64,000 bases of DNA from an uncultured Acidobacteriota bacterium (GTDB taxonomy: Bacteria > Acidobacteriota > Thermoanaerobaculia > UBA5066). Under the pieces are notes generated by a model that was not told where the DNA came from, made no database searches, and saw only the letters and a program-made list of their open reading frames with translations. A program made the translations under genes and the position numbers. The stretch is from positions 1,664,001 through 1,728,000 of the forward strand of contig CAVZYA010000002.1 in assembly GCA_963779415.1 (NCBI GenBank), written 5' to 3'. Within the stretch, counting starts at the first letter, position 1. Every line of letters begins with the position of its first letter. Shown piece by piece: positions 11,979 through 25,297 of this stretch.

Positions 11979-13489
11979 TTGAAGCGCGACTATCTCGAGC
12001 GGATCCTCTCGGCCCGCGTCTACGACGTGGCGGTGGAGTCTCCGCTCGAGCCGGCCCCGAGCCTCTCGCGGCGGCTGGGGGACCAGGTTCTCCTCAAACG
12101 CGAGGACCTGCAGCCCGTCTTCTCCTTCAAGCTGCGCGGCGCCTACAACCGGATGGTCCGTCTCTCGCCGCCGGCCCTCGCCCGCGGCGTCGTCGCGGCG
12201 TCGGCCGGGAACCACGCGCAGGGAGTCGCCCTCGCGGCGCAGCGGCTGGGCTGCCGGGCGACGATCGTCATGCCGGTGACGACGCCCCGGATCAAGGTGG
12301 ACGCCGTGGCGGCGCGTGGCGCCGAGGTCGTCCTCCACGGCGACTCCTACGACGACGCGTACACCGAGGCTCGCCGGCTCGCCCGGAAAGGGCGGAGGAC
12401 CTTCGTCCATCCGTACGACGACCCGGACGTCATCGCCGGGCAGGGGACGATCGGGATGGAGATTCTCCGCCAGCATCCCCGGGGGATCGACGCGATCTTC
12501 GTGGCGGTCGGCGGCGGAGGCCTCGTCGCCGGCATCGCCGCGTACGTCAAGAGGCTCCAGCCCCGGATCAAGATGATCGGCGTGGAGCCGGCCGACGCGG
12601 ACGCGATGTCCCGCTCGATCGCGGCCGGGCGGCGCGTGACGCTCCCCGAGGTCGGCCTCTTCGCGGACGGCGTCGCGGTGAGGAAGGTCGGGAAGGAGAC
12701 GTTCCGGCTCTGCCGGAAGCTCCTCGACGAGGTCGTCCTCGTCGACACGGACGCGATCTGCGCGGCGATCAAGGACGTCTTCGAGGAGACGCGCTCGATC
12801 CTCGAGCCCGCGGGGGCGCTCCCGGTCGCGGGGCTCAAGAAGTGGGCCGAGCGCGGCCGGCGCCGCGGGCGGACGCTCGTCGCCGTGACGAGCGGCGCGA
12901 ACATGAACTTCGACCGGCTGCGCCACGTGGCCGAGCGGGCCGAGCTGGGCGAACGGCGCGAGGCGATCCTCGCCGTCACGATCCCGGAGCGTCCGGGGAG
13001 CTTTCGCGCGTTCTGCGCGCTCGTCGGCCCGCGGAACATGACCGAGTTCAACTACCGCTATGCCGACCGCGAGAAGGCGCACGTCTTCGTCGGGCTGGAG
13101 CTGCGCCACGCGGGGGAGGTGCGGGACCTCCTCGGGCGCCTCCGGGCGCCGGCTTCCCGGCGCTCGACCTGACCGACAACGAGATGGCGAAGCTCCACGT
13201 CCGCCACCTCGTCGGCGGGCGGGCGCCGGAGGCGCACGACGAGCGTCTCTTCCGCTTCGAGTTCCCGGAGCGCCCCGGCGCGCTCCTGACCTTCCTCTCG
13301 AAGATGCGGCGCGACTGGAACATCAGCCTCTTCCACTACCGGAATCACGGCGCCGACTACGGGCGCGTCCTCGCCGGGATCCAGGTTCCGCACCGCGACG
13401 ACGCGAAGTTCCGCGACTTCCTTTCGGACCTCGGCTACCGCCACTGGGACGAGAGCGCGAATCCCGCCTACCGGCTCTTCCTGAGCTGA
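11979..13489 (+). CDS. ilvA: biosynthetic threonine ammonia-lyase (frameshift near 13150)
   Basis: [33 protein letters not shown]; the C-terminal [10 protein letters not shown]...[14 protein letters not shown] domain is in a second frame. Confidence 0.93.
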
Positions 13490-13517
13490 GAGGGGAGCGT
13501 CCTTCCCGGTCCGCGAC

Positions 13518-14318
13518 TCAGCGGGCCGGCGTCTCCCAGCGGATCTCCGAGCCCCAGGTGCTGTGGGGAATCGCGAAGACGACGAGAGTTGCGAGGGCCG
13601 CGAGGACGACGGCCGTCCGGGCCTCGCCGCCGCGGCGCTGAAGAAGGACCGCCGCCGCCCAGAAGAAGGCCGCGAAGAGCGTCTTGTTGTCGGTCAGGTC
13701 CCATCCGAAGGGGATCCCGGTCCACAACGCTCCGAAGGCCGCCTTCTGGACGACGGGGCCGAGGACGAATCCGCCGAGGAGTATCAGCACGAGGGTGATG
13801 AGAGTCCGTTTTCGGAGCGGCAGCCCCGGCACGAGAGCGGCGAGCCCGGCGGCGCTGGAGACGAGCATGGCGGAGAACATGACGGCCACATGCGTGACGA
13901 GGAGGGGCGTCGAGACCTCCCCCTTGAACCGCGTGACGGCCGGGCGCGGCGGAAAGAGCTGTGTCTCCACGCCGCGGTCCAGCCGTACCTGGTACTCGAG
14001 CTTTCCCGCCGGGGGCTGGTGGGGGAGCGCGGCCTCGAGCACGTCTCCCTTCCGCTCCATCGGAAGGATGGTCCACGCGTCGTTCGTCGGGAAGCGGCGC
14101 CATGCCACCTTCCCCGTGACGGTCGCATCGGGCGCGACGACCGTCACGGGCTGGTCTCCCTCTCCTCCGTGCGTCCGGGTCAGCCGGAGGCGGATCTCCC
14201 GGCCGGCGAGTGTGACGTTCCCGCGGACGGGATAGGTCGGGCCGGTCACCCGCTGCCAGACGGCCGAGACGATCGTGATCAGGAAGGCGAGCCCATAGCG
14301 GACGGCGGGCCTCTGCAT
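13518..14318 (-). CDS. hypothetical membrane protein (small soluble domain plus about 4 TM helices)
   Basis: long ORF with N-terminal TM, PHQPPAGKLEY, and GWDLTDNKTL among hydrophobic segments. Confidence 0.7.
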   Translation of the reverse strand: MQRPAVRYGLAFLITIVSAVWQRVTGPTYPVRGNVTLAGREIRLRLTRTHGGEGDQPVTVVAPDATVTGKVAWRRFPTNDAWTILPMERKGDVLEAALPHQPPAGKLEYQVRLDRGVETQLFPPRPAVTRFKGEVSTPLLVTHVAVMFSAMLVSSAAGLAALVPGLPLRKRTLITLVLILLGGFVLGPVVQKAAFGALWTGIPFGWDLTDNKTLFAAFFWAAAVLLQRRGGEARTAVVLAALATLVVFAIPHSTWGSEIRWETPAR

Positions 14319-14426
14319 CCCGGGTCTTTTCGCAGAGGCGAGGCTTTCGGTCAATAGGGCATCTACCCGGTCGCGGCGGCCCGGGGGTATCGTGGAGCGG
14401 GTTTCTTCGCGAATGCGGGTGCTCGC

Positions 14427-15380
14427 GTGATCCGATCCGCCCTCCCCGGCGCGGCCGTGGCGGGGCTGGCTTTCTCGCTATCTGCCTGTGTCTCGAACGT
14501 CCCTCCCACGGACCTGATCCCGGCCGGTCCGGCCGTGACGCGCATGGAGGACCTGAGCGGCGACTACTGTTACGTCGGGCCCGAAGCAAACGTCCGCTCG
14601 TACCGCAGGGGGCCGGTCTTCATCCCGTTCGTCGACGTCCCGGCGCTCGCGACTCCGGGCGTCGTCTCCGTCCAGGCGACGAAGGAGCGGGTTGCCATCG
14701 TCTTCACCCGTTCGGACGGCACGGAAGAGGAGCGCGTCTTTGGTCCGGGAAAGGCCGGGGCCGTCTGGCGAAAGAACGCCCTCGTGATTTCGTCCGGGAG
14801 CGGGGGAGGCTCGATGCACTCGGACAATTACGGATTCACGACGGACCTCGGAGGACACAGCGAAAGCCGGCTTTCCCGGCTGAAGGACGGCCGGCTGGTG
14901 ATGAGCGATTCGTTCCGCCGGAAGACCTACAGCTCGCCGCCGGGCGGGCAGAATTTCGTGTTCATCGTCGACGAGTACCTCGTGGCCGTGATCCTGGATC
15001 CGGCGATCGGAGAGTGCGGACAGGACGCCAAGGGCCGGCCCGCCCAGCCGTGGTTCGGACGCGGCCCGAATCTGCGCGATCCGGCTTGCGCCTCCCGATT
15101 CGAAGAGCAGGTCACCGCGATCCTCGTGGACCAGGGTGAAGCGCCGGAAAACGCCGCTCTCTTCGCGGGTGACGCGCTCCAGTCGGGCATCGGGGGCGCA
15201 TGGAGCCGGGACTTCTACGTGTCGTCCTGGTCCGGAGCCACCTACCGGTTCGAGGTCGCGAAGATGGGATCGGGAGGCGTTCTACGCCTCTTCGAGCGAC
15301 AGAACCAGAACGGTTCCCTCCTGAACACACTCTCGTACATCGCAACCCGTCCGCTACCGGAATGCGCCTGCAATGACTGA
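14427..15380 (+). CDS. hypothetical lipoprotein
   Basis: lipobox LSAC after a hydrophobic leader; 317-aa ORF. Confidence 0.6.
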   Translation: MIRSALPGAAVAGLAFSLSACVSNVPPTDLIPAGPAVTRMEDLSGDYCYVGPEANVRSYRRGPVFIPFVDVPALATPGVVSVQATKERVAIVFTRSDGTEEERVFGPGKAGAVWRKNALVISSGSGGGSMHSDNYGFTTDLGGHSESRLSRLKDGRLVMSDSFRRKTYSSPPGGQNFVFIVDEYLVAVILDPAIGECGQDAKGRPAQPWFGRGPNLRDPACASRFEEQVTAILVDQGEAPENAALFAGDALQSGIGGAWSRDFYVSSWSGATYRFEVAKMGSGGVLRLFERQNQNGSLLNTLSYIATRPLPECACND

Positions 15381-15403
15381 GAGGAAGACTTGAGGCTTCC
15401 TCT

Positions 15404-15404
<1 letters not shown>
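15379..15404. terminator. hairpin between convergent genes
   Basis: GAGAGGAAG-N8-CTTCCTCTC. Confidence 0.5.
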
Positions 15405-18726
<3,322 letters not shown>

Positions 18727-18753
18727 GCGCGTCCTCTCCGGCCGATCCTACAA

Positions 18754-18795
18754 CGAAAAATGAGCCGTGGCTCATCGAAAATGAATGCCGGCTCA
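18754..18795. promoter_or_regulatory. tandem palindromic operator upstream of fadBA
   Basis: ATGAGCC-GT-GGCTCAT (18760-18775) and a degenerate second copy ATGAATGCCGGCTCA, each preceded by CGAAA(A); TAGGAT -10-like box on the minus strand at 18745-18750. Confidence 0.55.
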
Positions 18796-18889
18796 CCGCA
18801 TCCGGCCGGACGCCAGCGGGATGCGGAGGGCATCAGCGAAGCCAGGGAGCTTTCGCGGCAAGGCCTTGAAATCGCGATTGAGGTCCTGA

Positions 18890-21281
18890 TTAGTGCATTG
18901 CCAGCGGCGCCCCTTTCGGCAGCTTCACAGTGCGACAAATCCGCGCGAGGAGGTCGTCAAATCGTGGCTCTCCCCGGAAAAGGCCGAAGATCGGGTCGGT
19001 CGTGCACGCGAACGACAACATGGGCGTCCGCTCTTCGAACCCACGCTCCAGGGCGTGATAGGCATCCTTCTTCTCCCCCAGGCCCAGGTGGACGAGGGCG
19101 AGCTGGTAGGGCGACACGTAGCGGGCTTTCGAGAGGTCTTGGAGCTCGCGGAGGATCCGGCGGGAGTCGTCGCGCCGCCCCGCCTGCCCGTAGGCAAGGC
19201 CTAGGCAGGCGAGAAAGTTCAGATTCCGGCCCGAGGGCTCAATCGTCGCCTCGAAATCGGCGACGGCGCGCTGAGGCTTCCCTGCGGCCAGGTAGGCCTG
19301 CCCCTGATCCAGCGGACGAGGAAGTTACCTGGGCTCCGGGCAAGAGCCTGTCCGCACTCCTCAATCGCCCGGTCGAACCGGCGCTCGAAATTGAGAATCG
19401 CGCAGCCGTTGATGTCGTTCCATGGCGAGAACGGGTCAAGCTCGCGCGCAGTCTTCAGGTGCTCGCGCGCCTCGCCGAAACGGTCAAGGAAGAAATAGAG
19501 GAGCTGCGCGTACAAACCGTGTGCGGCCGCATATCCCGGCCGCAGCTCCAGGGCCTTCCGGTAATGACGCTCGGCGGCCTCCACGTCCCACTCCCCGTCC
19601 AGTGCGATCACGGCCCGGGCGTTATGAGCCTCCGGTAGGTGGTCGTCGAGCTCGAGGGCCTTTCGGGCCGCGCCGAGCGCTTCGTCCTGCACGGAGCCGG
19701 GCGGGACGAACTCGAAACCAGTTTCCGCCAGCGTCCACGTCGCCTCTGCCAGCCCCGCCCAGCCTGGTGCGTAAAGGGAGTCCAGCTCCGTCGCCCGCTT
19801 GAAGAAGTCGATCGCGGCCCGTAATTCTTTCTCGGTTGCTCCGTGCTCGAGGAGAGGCCGTCCCTTTAGCACGGCCTCGTAGGCTCCTGGGTCCACCTTC
19901 CGCTGGGAGGCAAGCCGCTGGCTTTCCTGCGGCGACACCTGCACCCGGATTTCGCTGGCGATGGCGCGCACCACCTCCCCTTGCAGCGCCAGTACATCCG
20001 TCATCTCGCGTTCGTAGTTGCTGGCCCAGAGGTGCCGGTCCTGCTGCGCGTTTATGAGCTGCGCCGTGATTCTGACTCGCGAGCCGGAGCGCACCACAGA
20101 GCCCTCGACGATCCCTTCGACCCCCAGTTCTCTTGCGATCTCGGAAATTGTCTTTTTCGAGTCCTTGTACTGCATCGCCGACGTCCGGGAGATCACCTTC
20201 AGGGCGCGGATCTGCGCGAGATCCGCGATGAGCGCATCCGTCATCCCGTCTGCGAAGAAGTCCTGAGAGGCGTCGCCGGAGTAGTTCTTGAGGGGAAGGA
20301 CGGCGAGGGACTGGATCGGTGTGGCGCCGGCGGGCTTCGATGCGAAAGGCTTCAGGACGAGCACGATGGCGGCCGCCGCCAGTAGGGCTGCCGCGAGCGC
20401 GGCGATCAAGACCCAGCGCCTCCTCGCGACAGGCTGCGATGGCGGTGTTGCCATAGCCAGCGCACCGGGCCGGGTCCTCAGCTCCTCGGCCAGGTCCGAA
20501 AGCTCGTGCCGAAGATCGCGAGCCGACTGGATGCGCGCGCGCGGGTCCTTTTCGAGACAGTGCTCGACGATCCTGACGTAGGCGGCCGGGAGGTCGGTCC
20601 GGATCCCTTCGAGCGGCGGAGGGTCTTCCTTGAGGATGGAGGCGGCGATCTCGGCTCCGGTCGCCCCCGTGAAGGGCCGCCGGCCGCTCGCCAGCTCGTA
20701 GAGCAATGCGCCGAAGGAGAAGATGTCAGCCCGCGCGTCGGCCTTCTCGCCCCGAAGCTGCTCCGGAGCCATGTAGGGCACCGTGCCGAAGATGTTCCCT
20801 GCCGCCGTCAGCGCCTCCGTCACCGACTCGGTGTGGAGGGACGGCGAAGATGACGGAGCCGAGACCCGGGCGAGGCCGAAGTCGAGAATCTTCGGCGGCC
20901 CTCGTCGTTGACCATCACGTTTCCCGGCTTGAGGTCCCTGTGAACGACGCCGCGGGCGTGGGCGGCGGCGAGGGCGTCGGCGATCGGGATCGCCCAGTCG
21001 AGGATCTTCTTCAAAGAAAGCCCGCCCGGCTCGATCAGCTCCGAGAGCGCCCGGCCCTGTATCCGCTCCATCGCGAGGAAGCGGATGCCGCCGGCTTCCT
21101 CGATGCCATAGAGCGTGACGATGTTCGGGTGATTGAGGGCGGCGACGGCCTTTGCCTCGCGCTCGAAGCGGGCGAGGCGGTCGGGATCAGCGGCCACCTC
21201 GGACCGAAGGATCTTCAAGGCGACAAGGCGGTCGAGACGCGTGTCCCGAGCCTCGTAAACCTCCCCCATCCCTCCGGCACC
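18890..21281 (-). pseudogene. Ser/Thr protein kinase with TM, TolB-like and TPR domains; 5'-truncated, several frameshifts
   Basis: GAGGMGEVY, VALKIL, HRDLKPGN, GTVPYMAPEQ, SLAVLPLKN...FFADGMTD, TPR repeats; no recognisable N-terminus before the Gly loop. Confidence 0.75.
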
Positions 21282-21346
21282 GGGTCCGGACGCGGGCGTA
21301 GACTTTCGTCGGGAAGCCGGAGAGGCTGACCCGGCGAGGTGAAGTC

Positions 21347-21562
21347 ATGGCCGAGAGCGTCTACAAGATCATCGAGCTCGTCGGTACGAGCAAGGAGTCG
21401 TGGGAAAAGGCCGCGGCGGCGGCCGTGGCGGTCGCGTCGAAGAGCCTTCGCGACCTCCGGATCGCCGAGGTCTGCCAGCTCGACATGCAGGTCGAGGGAG
21501 GAAAGGTCACCGCTTACCGGGCGAAGGTCAAGGTCTCCTTCAAGTACACGCCCGGGAAGTGA
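21347..21562 (+). CDS. dodecin family flavin/CoA-binding protein
   Basis: VYKIIELVGTSKESWEKA...YRAKVKVSF, 71 aa; RBS GAGGTG. Confidence 0.9.
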   Translation: MAESVYKIIELVGTSKESWEKAAAAAVAVASKSLRDLRIAEVCQLDMQVEGGKVTAYRAKVKVSFKYTPGK

Positions 21563-23005
21563 GTGCCGCGTCTCGCTGACGGCGCCACGACAGGCGGGAC
21601 GGGAAGCGCCCGGCTCGAGCGGCGGCTCGGGGCGTGGGACGGGGCGCTCCTGACCATCGGATCGGTCGTCGGGACGGGGATCTTCCTCACGACCGGAGAC
21701 ATGGCGAAGGCCCTGCCGCACGCGGGGCTGATCCTCCTCGTCTGGCTCCTCGGAGGGCTCCTCACCCTCGCGGGCGCCCTCACCTACGCCGAGCTGGGAG
21801 TCCTCTTCCCGCGTGCGGGCGGCATCTACCATTTCCTCAAGGAAGCCTTCGGCCCGTTCGTCGGCTTCCTCTACGGCTGGACCTCGTTCGTCGTGATCAT
21901 GTCGGGGGGGGTCGCGGCGATCGCCGTCGGATTCGGGGAGTACTTCGGGGCTTTCGTCCCGGCCTTCGCCCCCGCGCGGCTCCTCGTCGAGATTCCCCTC
22001 GGTCCCCTCACGTGGAAGATCGCCGGGCCGCAGGCCTCGGGCGCGATCGCGATCCTTCTCCTGACGCTTCTCAACCACGCCGGCCTTCGCGAAGGGGCGG
22101 CCGTGCAGAACTTCCTCACCGTGGCGAAAGGGGGCGCGCTCCTCGTCCTCGCCCTTCTCGGGCTCGGGGGGATCGGCGCCGTCTGGCACGCGGCCACCGC
22201 GCCGGTCGACCTCTCCCTGCGAATGCTCATCGCCGGTCTCGGCAGCGCGATGGTCGCCTCGCTCTGGACGTACGACGGGTGGTACGCGCTGACGCTCTCG
22301 GCGGGCGAGGTGCGAAACCCTTCGCGCGACCTTCCCCGAGGCCTCGTCGGCGGGACGGCGGCGGTCGTGGCGCTCTACCTCCTCGTCAACCTGACGTACC
22401 TCCGGGCCCTCCCGATCGACCAGCTCGGCCGGACGACGCGCGTGGCCGAGGCGGCCGCCGAGGCGCTGCTGGGGCCGGCGGGCGCCCGGCTCGTCACCGC
22501 GACGATCGCCGTCTCCATGCTCGGCTGCCTCGCCGCGACGATCCTCTACGCCTCGCGCCTCTACGTGCCGATGGCCGAGGACGGGGTCTTTTTTGCGGCG
22601 GCGGGGCGTGTCGATCCGGTGCGCCATACCCCCACCGGCGCTCTCTGGATGCAGGGGGTCTGGAGCGCCCTTCTCGCGGCGACGGGCGGGTACCGCTCGC
22701 TCTACACGTGGGCCACTTTCGCGGTCGTCCTCTTCAACGTGGCCGGCGGGACGGCCCTCTTCGTCCTCCGACGCACGAGACCCGATGCCGACCGCCCGTA
22801 CCGTGCGTGGGGCTATCCGGTCGTTCCGGCGTCGTTCCTCCTCGCCTGCCTCGCTCTCACCGTCGCCACTCTCTTCCAGAGCCCGGTCGAATCGGGTTTG
22901 GGCCTCGCCGTCGTGGCCTCGGGCGTGCCGGCGTGGCTCTGGTGGCGGAGGCCGAAGGGACGGCGTCCCGCGGCGCTTGACAGGCCGAGAGGCGGCAATC
23001 AATAG
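21563..23005 (+). CDS. APC-family amino acid permease
   Basis: GSVVGTGIF, YAELG, AGGIYHF, YDGW, RPYRAWGYP; about 12 TM segments. Confidence 0.92.
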   Translation: MPRLADGATTGGTGSARLERRLGAWDGALLTIGSVVGTGIFLTTGDMAKALPHAGLILLVWLLGGLLTLAGALTYAELGVLFPRAGGIYHFLKEAFGPFVGFLYGWTSFVVIMSGGVAAIAVGFGEYFGAFVPAFAPARLLVEIPLGPLTWKIAGPQASGAIAILLLTLLNHAGLREGAAVQNFLTVAKGGALLVLALLGLGGIGAVWHAATAPVDLSLRMLIAGLGSAMVASLWTYDGWYALTLSAGEVRNPSRDLPRGLVGGTAAVVALYLLVNLTYLRALPIDQLGRTTRVAEAAAEALLGPAGARLVTATIAVSMLGCLAATILYASRLYVPMAEDGVFFAAAGRVDPVRHTPTGALWMQGVWSALLAATGGYRSLYTWATFAVVLFNVAGGTALFVLRRTRPDADRPYRAWGYPVVPASFLLACLALTVATLFQSPVESGLGLAVVASGVPAWLWWRRPKGRRPAALDRPRGGNQ

Positions 23006-23034
23006 TCGTCGAAAGAGAGAAAGCGGAGATCCTT

Positions 23035-23679
23035 TTGTACGCAGAGATGCAGGAAGCCGTCGTCCAGGGGGATGCGGCCCGGGCGAGGAGGCTGGCCGAA
23101 GCCGTCGTGAACGGCGGGGGGGACCTCGTCGCGGCGATCGAGCAGGGGTTCGCCGCCGGGATCCGGAAGGTGGGTGACCTCTGGGAAGAAGGAGAGTACT
23201 TCCTTCCCGAGCTGGTCCAGGGTGCAGAGGCGATGAAGGCCGCCATGGGGGTCCTCCAGCCCGCGCTTCGGAAAGCCCACGGCGCGAAGGCCTCGAAGGG
23301 GCGGGTCGTCATCGGCACGGTTCAGGGAGACCTCCACGACATCGGGAAGACCCTCGTCGCAACGCTCCTTTCGGCGGGGGGGTTCGAGGTGGACGACCTC
23401 GGCAGCGACGTCCCCGTCGACCGCTTCCTCGCACGGGCAAAGGAAAACGGCGCCGACATCATCGCCGCCTCGGCCCTCCTGACCACCACCATGCCGGTCC
23501 AGAAAGCGATCGCCGAAGGGATCCCGTCCCTTGGGCTCGCCCCGCAGCCCCGGCTTCTCGTCGGTGGCGCGCCGACGACGGCGGCCTGGGCTGCGGAGAT
23601 CGGCGCGGGCTGGGCGGAGAACGCCCTTCGCGCCGTCGCGGTGGCCGAGGCGCTCGTGAACTCCGCCCGGCGCGCGTGA
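23035..23679 (+). CDS. corrinoid (B12-binding) protein, cap plus binding domain
   Basis: GEYFLPEL cap, GTVQGDLHDIGK (DxHxxG), SALLTTT, VGGAP. Confidence 0.93.
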   Translation: MYAEMQEAVVQGDAARARRLAEAVVNGGGDLVAAIEQGFAAGIRKVGDLWEEGEYFLPELVQGAEAMKAAMGVLQPALRKAHGAKASKGRVVIGTVQGDLHDIGKTLVATLLSAGGFEVDDLGSDVPVDRFLARAKENGADIIAASALLTTTMPVQKAIAEGIPSLGLAPQPRLLVGGAPTTAAWAAEIGAGWAENALRAVAVAEALVNSARRA

Positions 23680-24566
23680 ACGCCTTCGCCGAGCGCCTGC
23701 GCCTCCGCGAGACGACCCTCCTGGACGGGGGCCTCGGTAGCCTGCTCATCGCGCGGGGGCTCGCTCCGGGCGCGGCGCCCGAGTCGTGGGTCCTTTCGCG
23801 CCCCGACGACGTCCGCCGCGCGCACGGCGACTACGCTTCCGCCGGGAGCGACGCGGTTCACGCGGCGACTTTCGGGGCGAACCCGATCCGTCTCGCGAGG
23901 TTCTCTCTGGCCGACCGGTGCGAGGCCGTGAACGGAGAGGCCGTCCGGCTGGCCCGTGAGTCCGGCGCGCGTTTCGTCCTGGCGGACGTCGGCCCGACGG
24001 GCGAGTACCTCCCTCCGGTCGGGACGGGCGACCCGCAAGCCTGGAGAGCCGCGTTCCTTCGGCAGGGGCGGGCGCTGGCCGCAGCCGCGCCGGACGCTCT
24101 CCACGTCGAGACGATGACGGACCTGCGCGAGGCCCTGATCGCGCTCGAAGCCCTTCACGAAACCGCGCCGTCGCTCGCCGTGCTGGTCTCGCTGACCTTC
24201 GAGAAGAAGAAGCGGGGCTTCTTCACGATCATGGGGGACCCGCTGGCGAAATCGCTCCGGACGCTCGCCGAAGCCGGGGCCGTCGCCGTCGGCGCGAACT
24301 GCACGCTCGCGAGCGGAGAGATGCGGCCTCTCGCCGAGGAGGCCCGGGCTGCCGTGGATCTGCCTCTCGTCATCCAGCCCAATGCAGGGTCGCCGGAGAT
24401 GCGGAACGGCTCGGTCTTCTACTCGCAGTCGCCCGAGGCCTTCGCCGAGGAGATGGCGTTCGTTGCATCTCTCGGCGTCGAGCTGGTGGGGGGATGCTGC
24501 GGAACCGACCCTCGCTTCATACGTGCCCTCGGGAACCGCCTCGACTCGAAGAGGCCCCGGCCGTGA
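23676..24566 (+). CDS. stand-alone homocysteine S-methyltransferase domain
   Basis: LLDGGLG, GPTG, ETM, GANC, PNAG, GGCCGT (Zn ligands). Confidence 0.92.
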   Translation: MNAFAERLRLRETTLLDGGLGSLLIARGLAPGAAPESWVLSRPDDVRRAHGDYASAGSDAVHAATFGANPIRLARFSLADRCEAVNGEAVRLARESGARFVLADVGPTGEYLPPVGTGDPQAWRAAFLRQGRALAAAAPDALHVETMTDLREALIALEALHETAPSLAVLVSLTFEKKKRGFFTIMGDPLAKSLRTLAEAGAVAVGANCTLASGEMRPLAEEARAAVDLPLVIQPNAGSPEMRNGSVFYSQSPEAFAEEMAFVASLGVELVGGCCGTDPRFIRALGNRLDSKRPRP

Positions 24567-25297
24567 CCGGTCTCCGCGAGCAGGACAAGAAGCCCCCTGC
24601 CGCCGTCTCCAACCCGGGGCCTCCTGTGATCGTCCCTTCGATTCGGCTCTCCATCCTGGAGAGCGACGTCCTCCACTTCCTCGGCTATCCGAAGGGGCGG
24701 CGGCCGGCGGCTCGGCTCGAGCCCGTTCTCGAAGGCGTCCTTCGCGAAGCGAGAAAGCTCGCCGCCGCGCGCGGCGCGTTCCGGACGCTGCCCGTCTCCT
24801 CGGCCGCCGAAATCGGGCTGGAGGAGGAGGAGGCCGACGGGCTCGTTCTCGGCCTCGTCACTGCGGGGGGTGGGATCGAGCGGCGCGTGACGGAGCTTCT
24901 CGGCCGGGGAGAGGATTCCCGCGCCCTCCTGCTGGATGCCGCCGGAAGCGCCGCTGCCGAGGAAGCCGCGAACCGGCTGAGCGTCAGGGTCGTCGGCGGC
25001 AGGAGAGACGGGGACCTCGACGTCGGCTGTCGGGTCAGTCCCGGATACGGCCGCTGGCCCCTCTCTGCCCAGAAAGCCCTTCTCGCGCGTCTCCCTCACG
25101 AGACGCTCGGCGTGTCGCTTAATCCTTCGATGATGATGACTCCACGCAAGTCGATCTCCTTCGCCCTCTGGCTCGGCGCGAAAAGGGCGCCGAGGTCCGG
25201 GCTCTCGGGATGCGACACGTGCGGCCTGCCGCACTGTCGCTACCGCCGCTCCGCCGGGGGCAGGAGATCACGTTCTTCCCGCGAGGTGACGAGTTGA
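24563..25297 (+). CDS. B12-dependent methionine synthase activation-domain-like protein
   Basis: LLDAAGSAAAE, RVSPGYGRWPL, GVSLNPSMMMTPRKSIS, C-terminal CDTCGLPHCRYR. Confidence 0.8.
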   Translation: MTGLREQDKKPPAAVSNPGPPVIVPSIRLSILESDVLHFLGYPKGRRPAARLEPVLEGVLREARKLAAARGAFRTLPVSSAAEIGLEEEEADGLVLGLVTAGGGIERRVTELLGRGEDSRALLLDAAGSAAAEEAANRLSVRVVGGRRDGDLDVGCRVSPGYGRWPLSAQKALLARLPHETLGVSLNPSMMMTPRKSISFALWLGAKRAPRSGLSGCDTCGLPHCRYRRSAGGRRSRSSREVTS

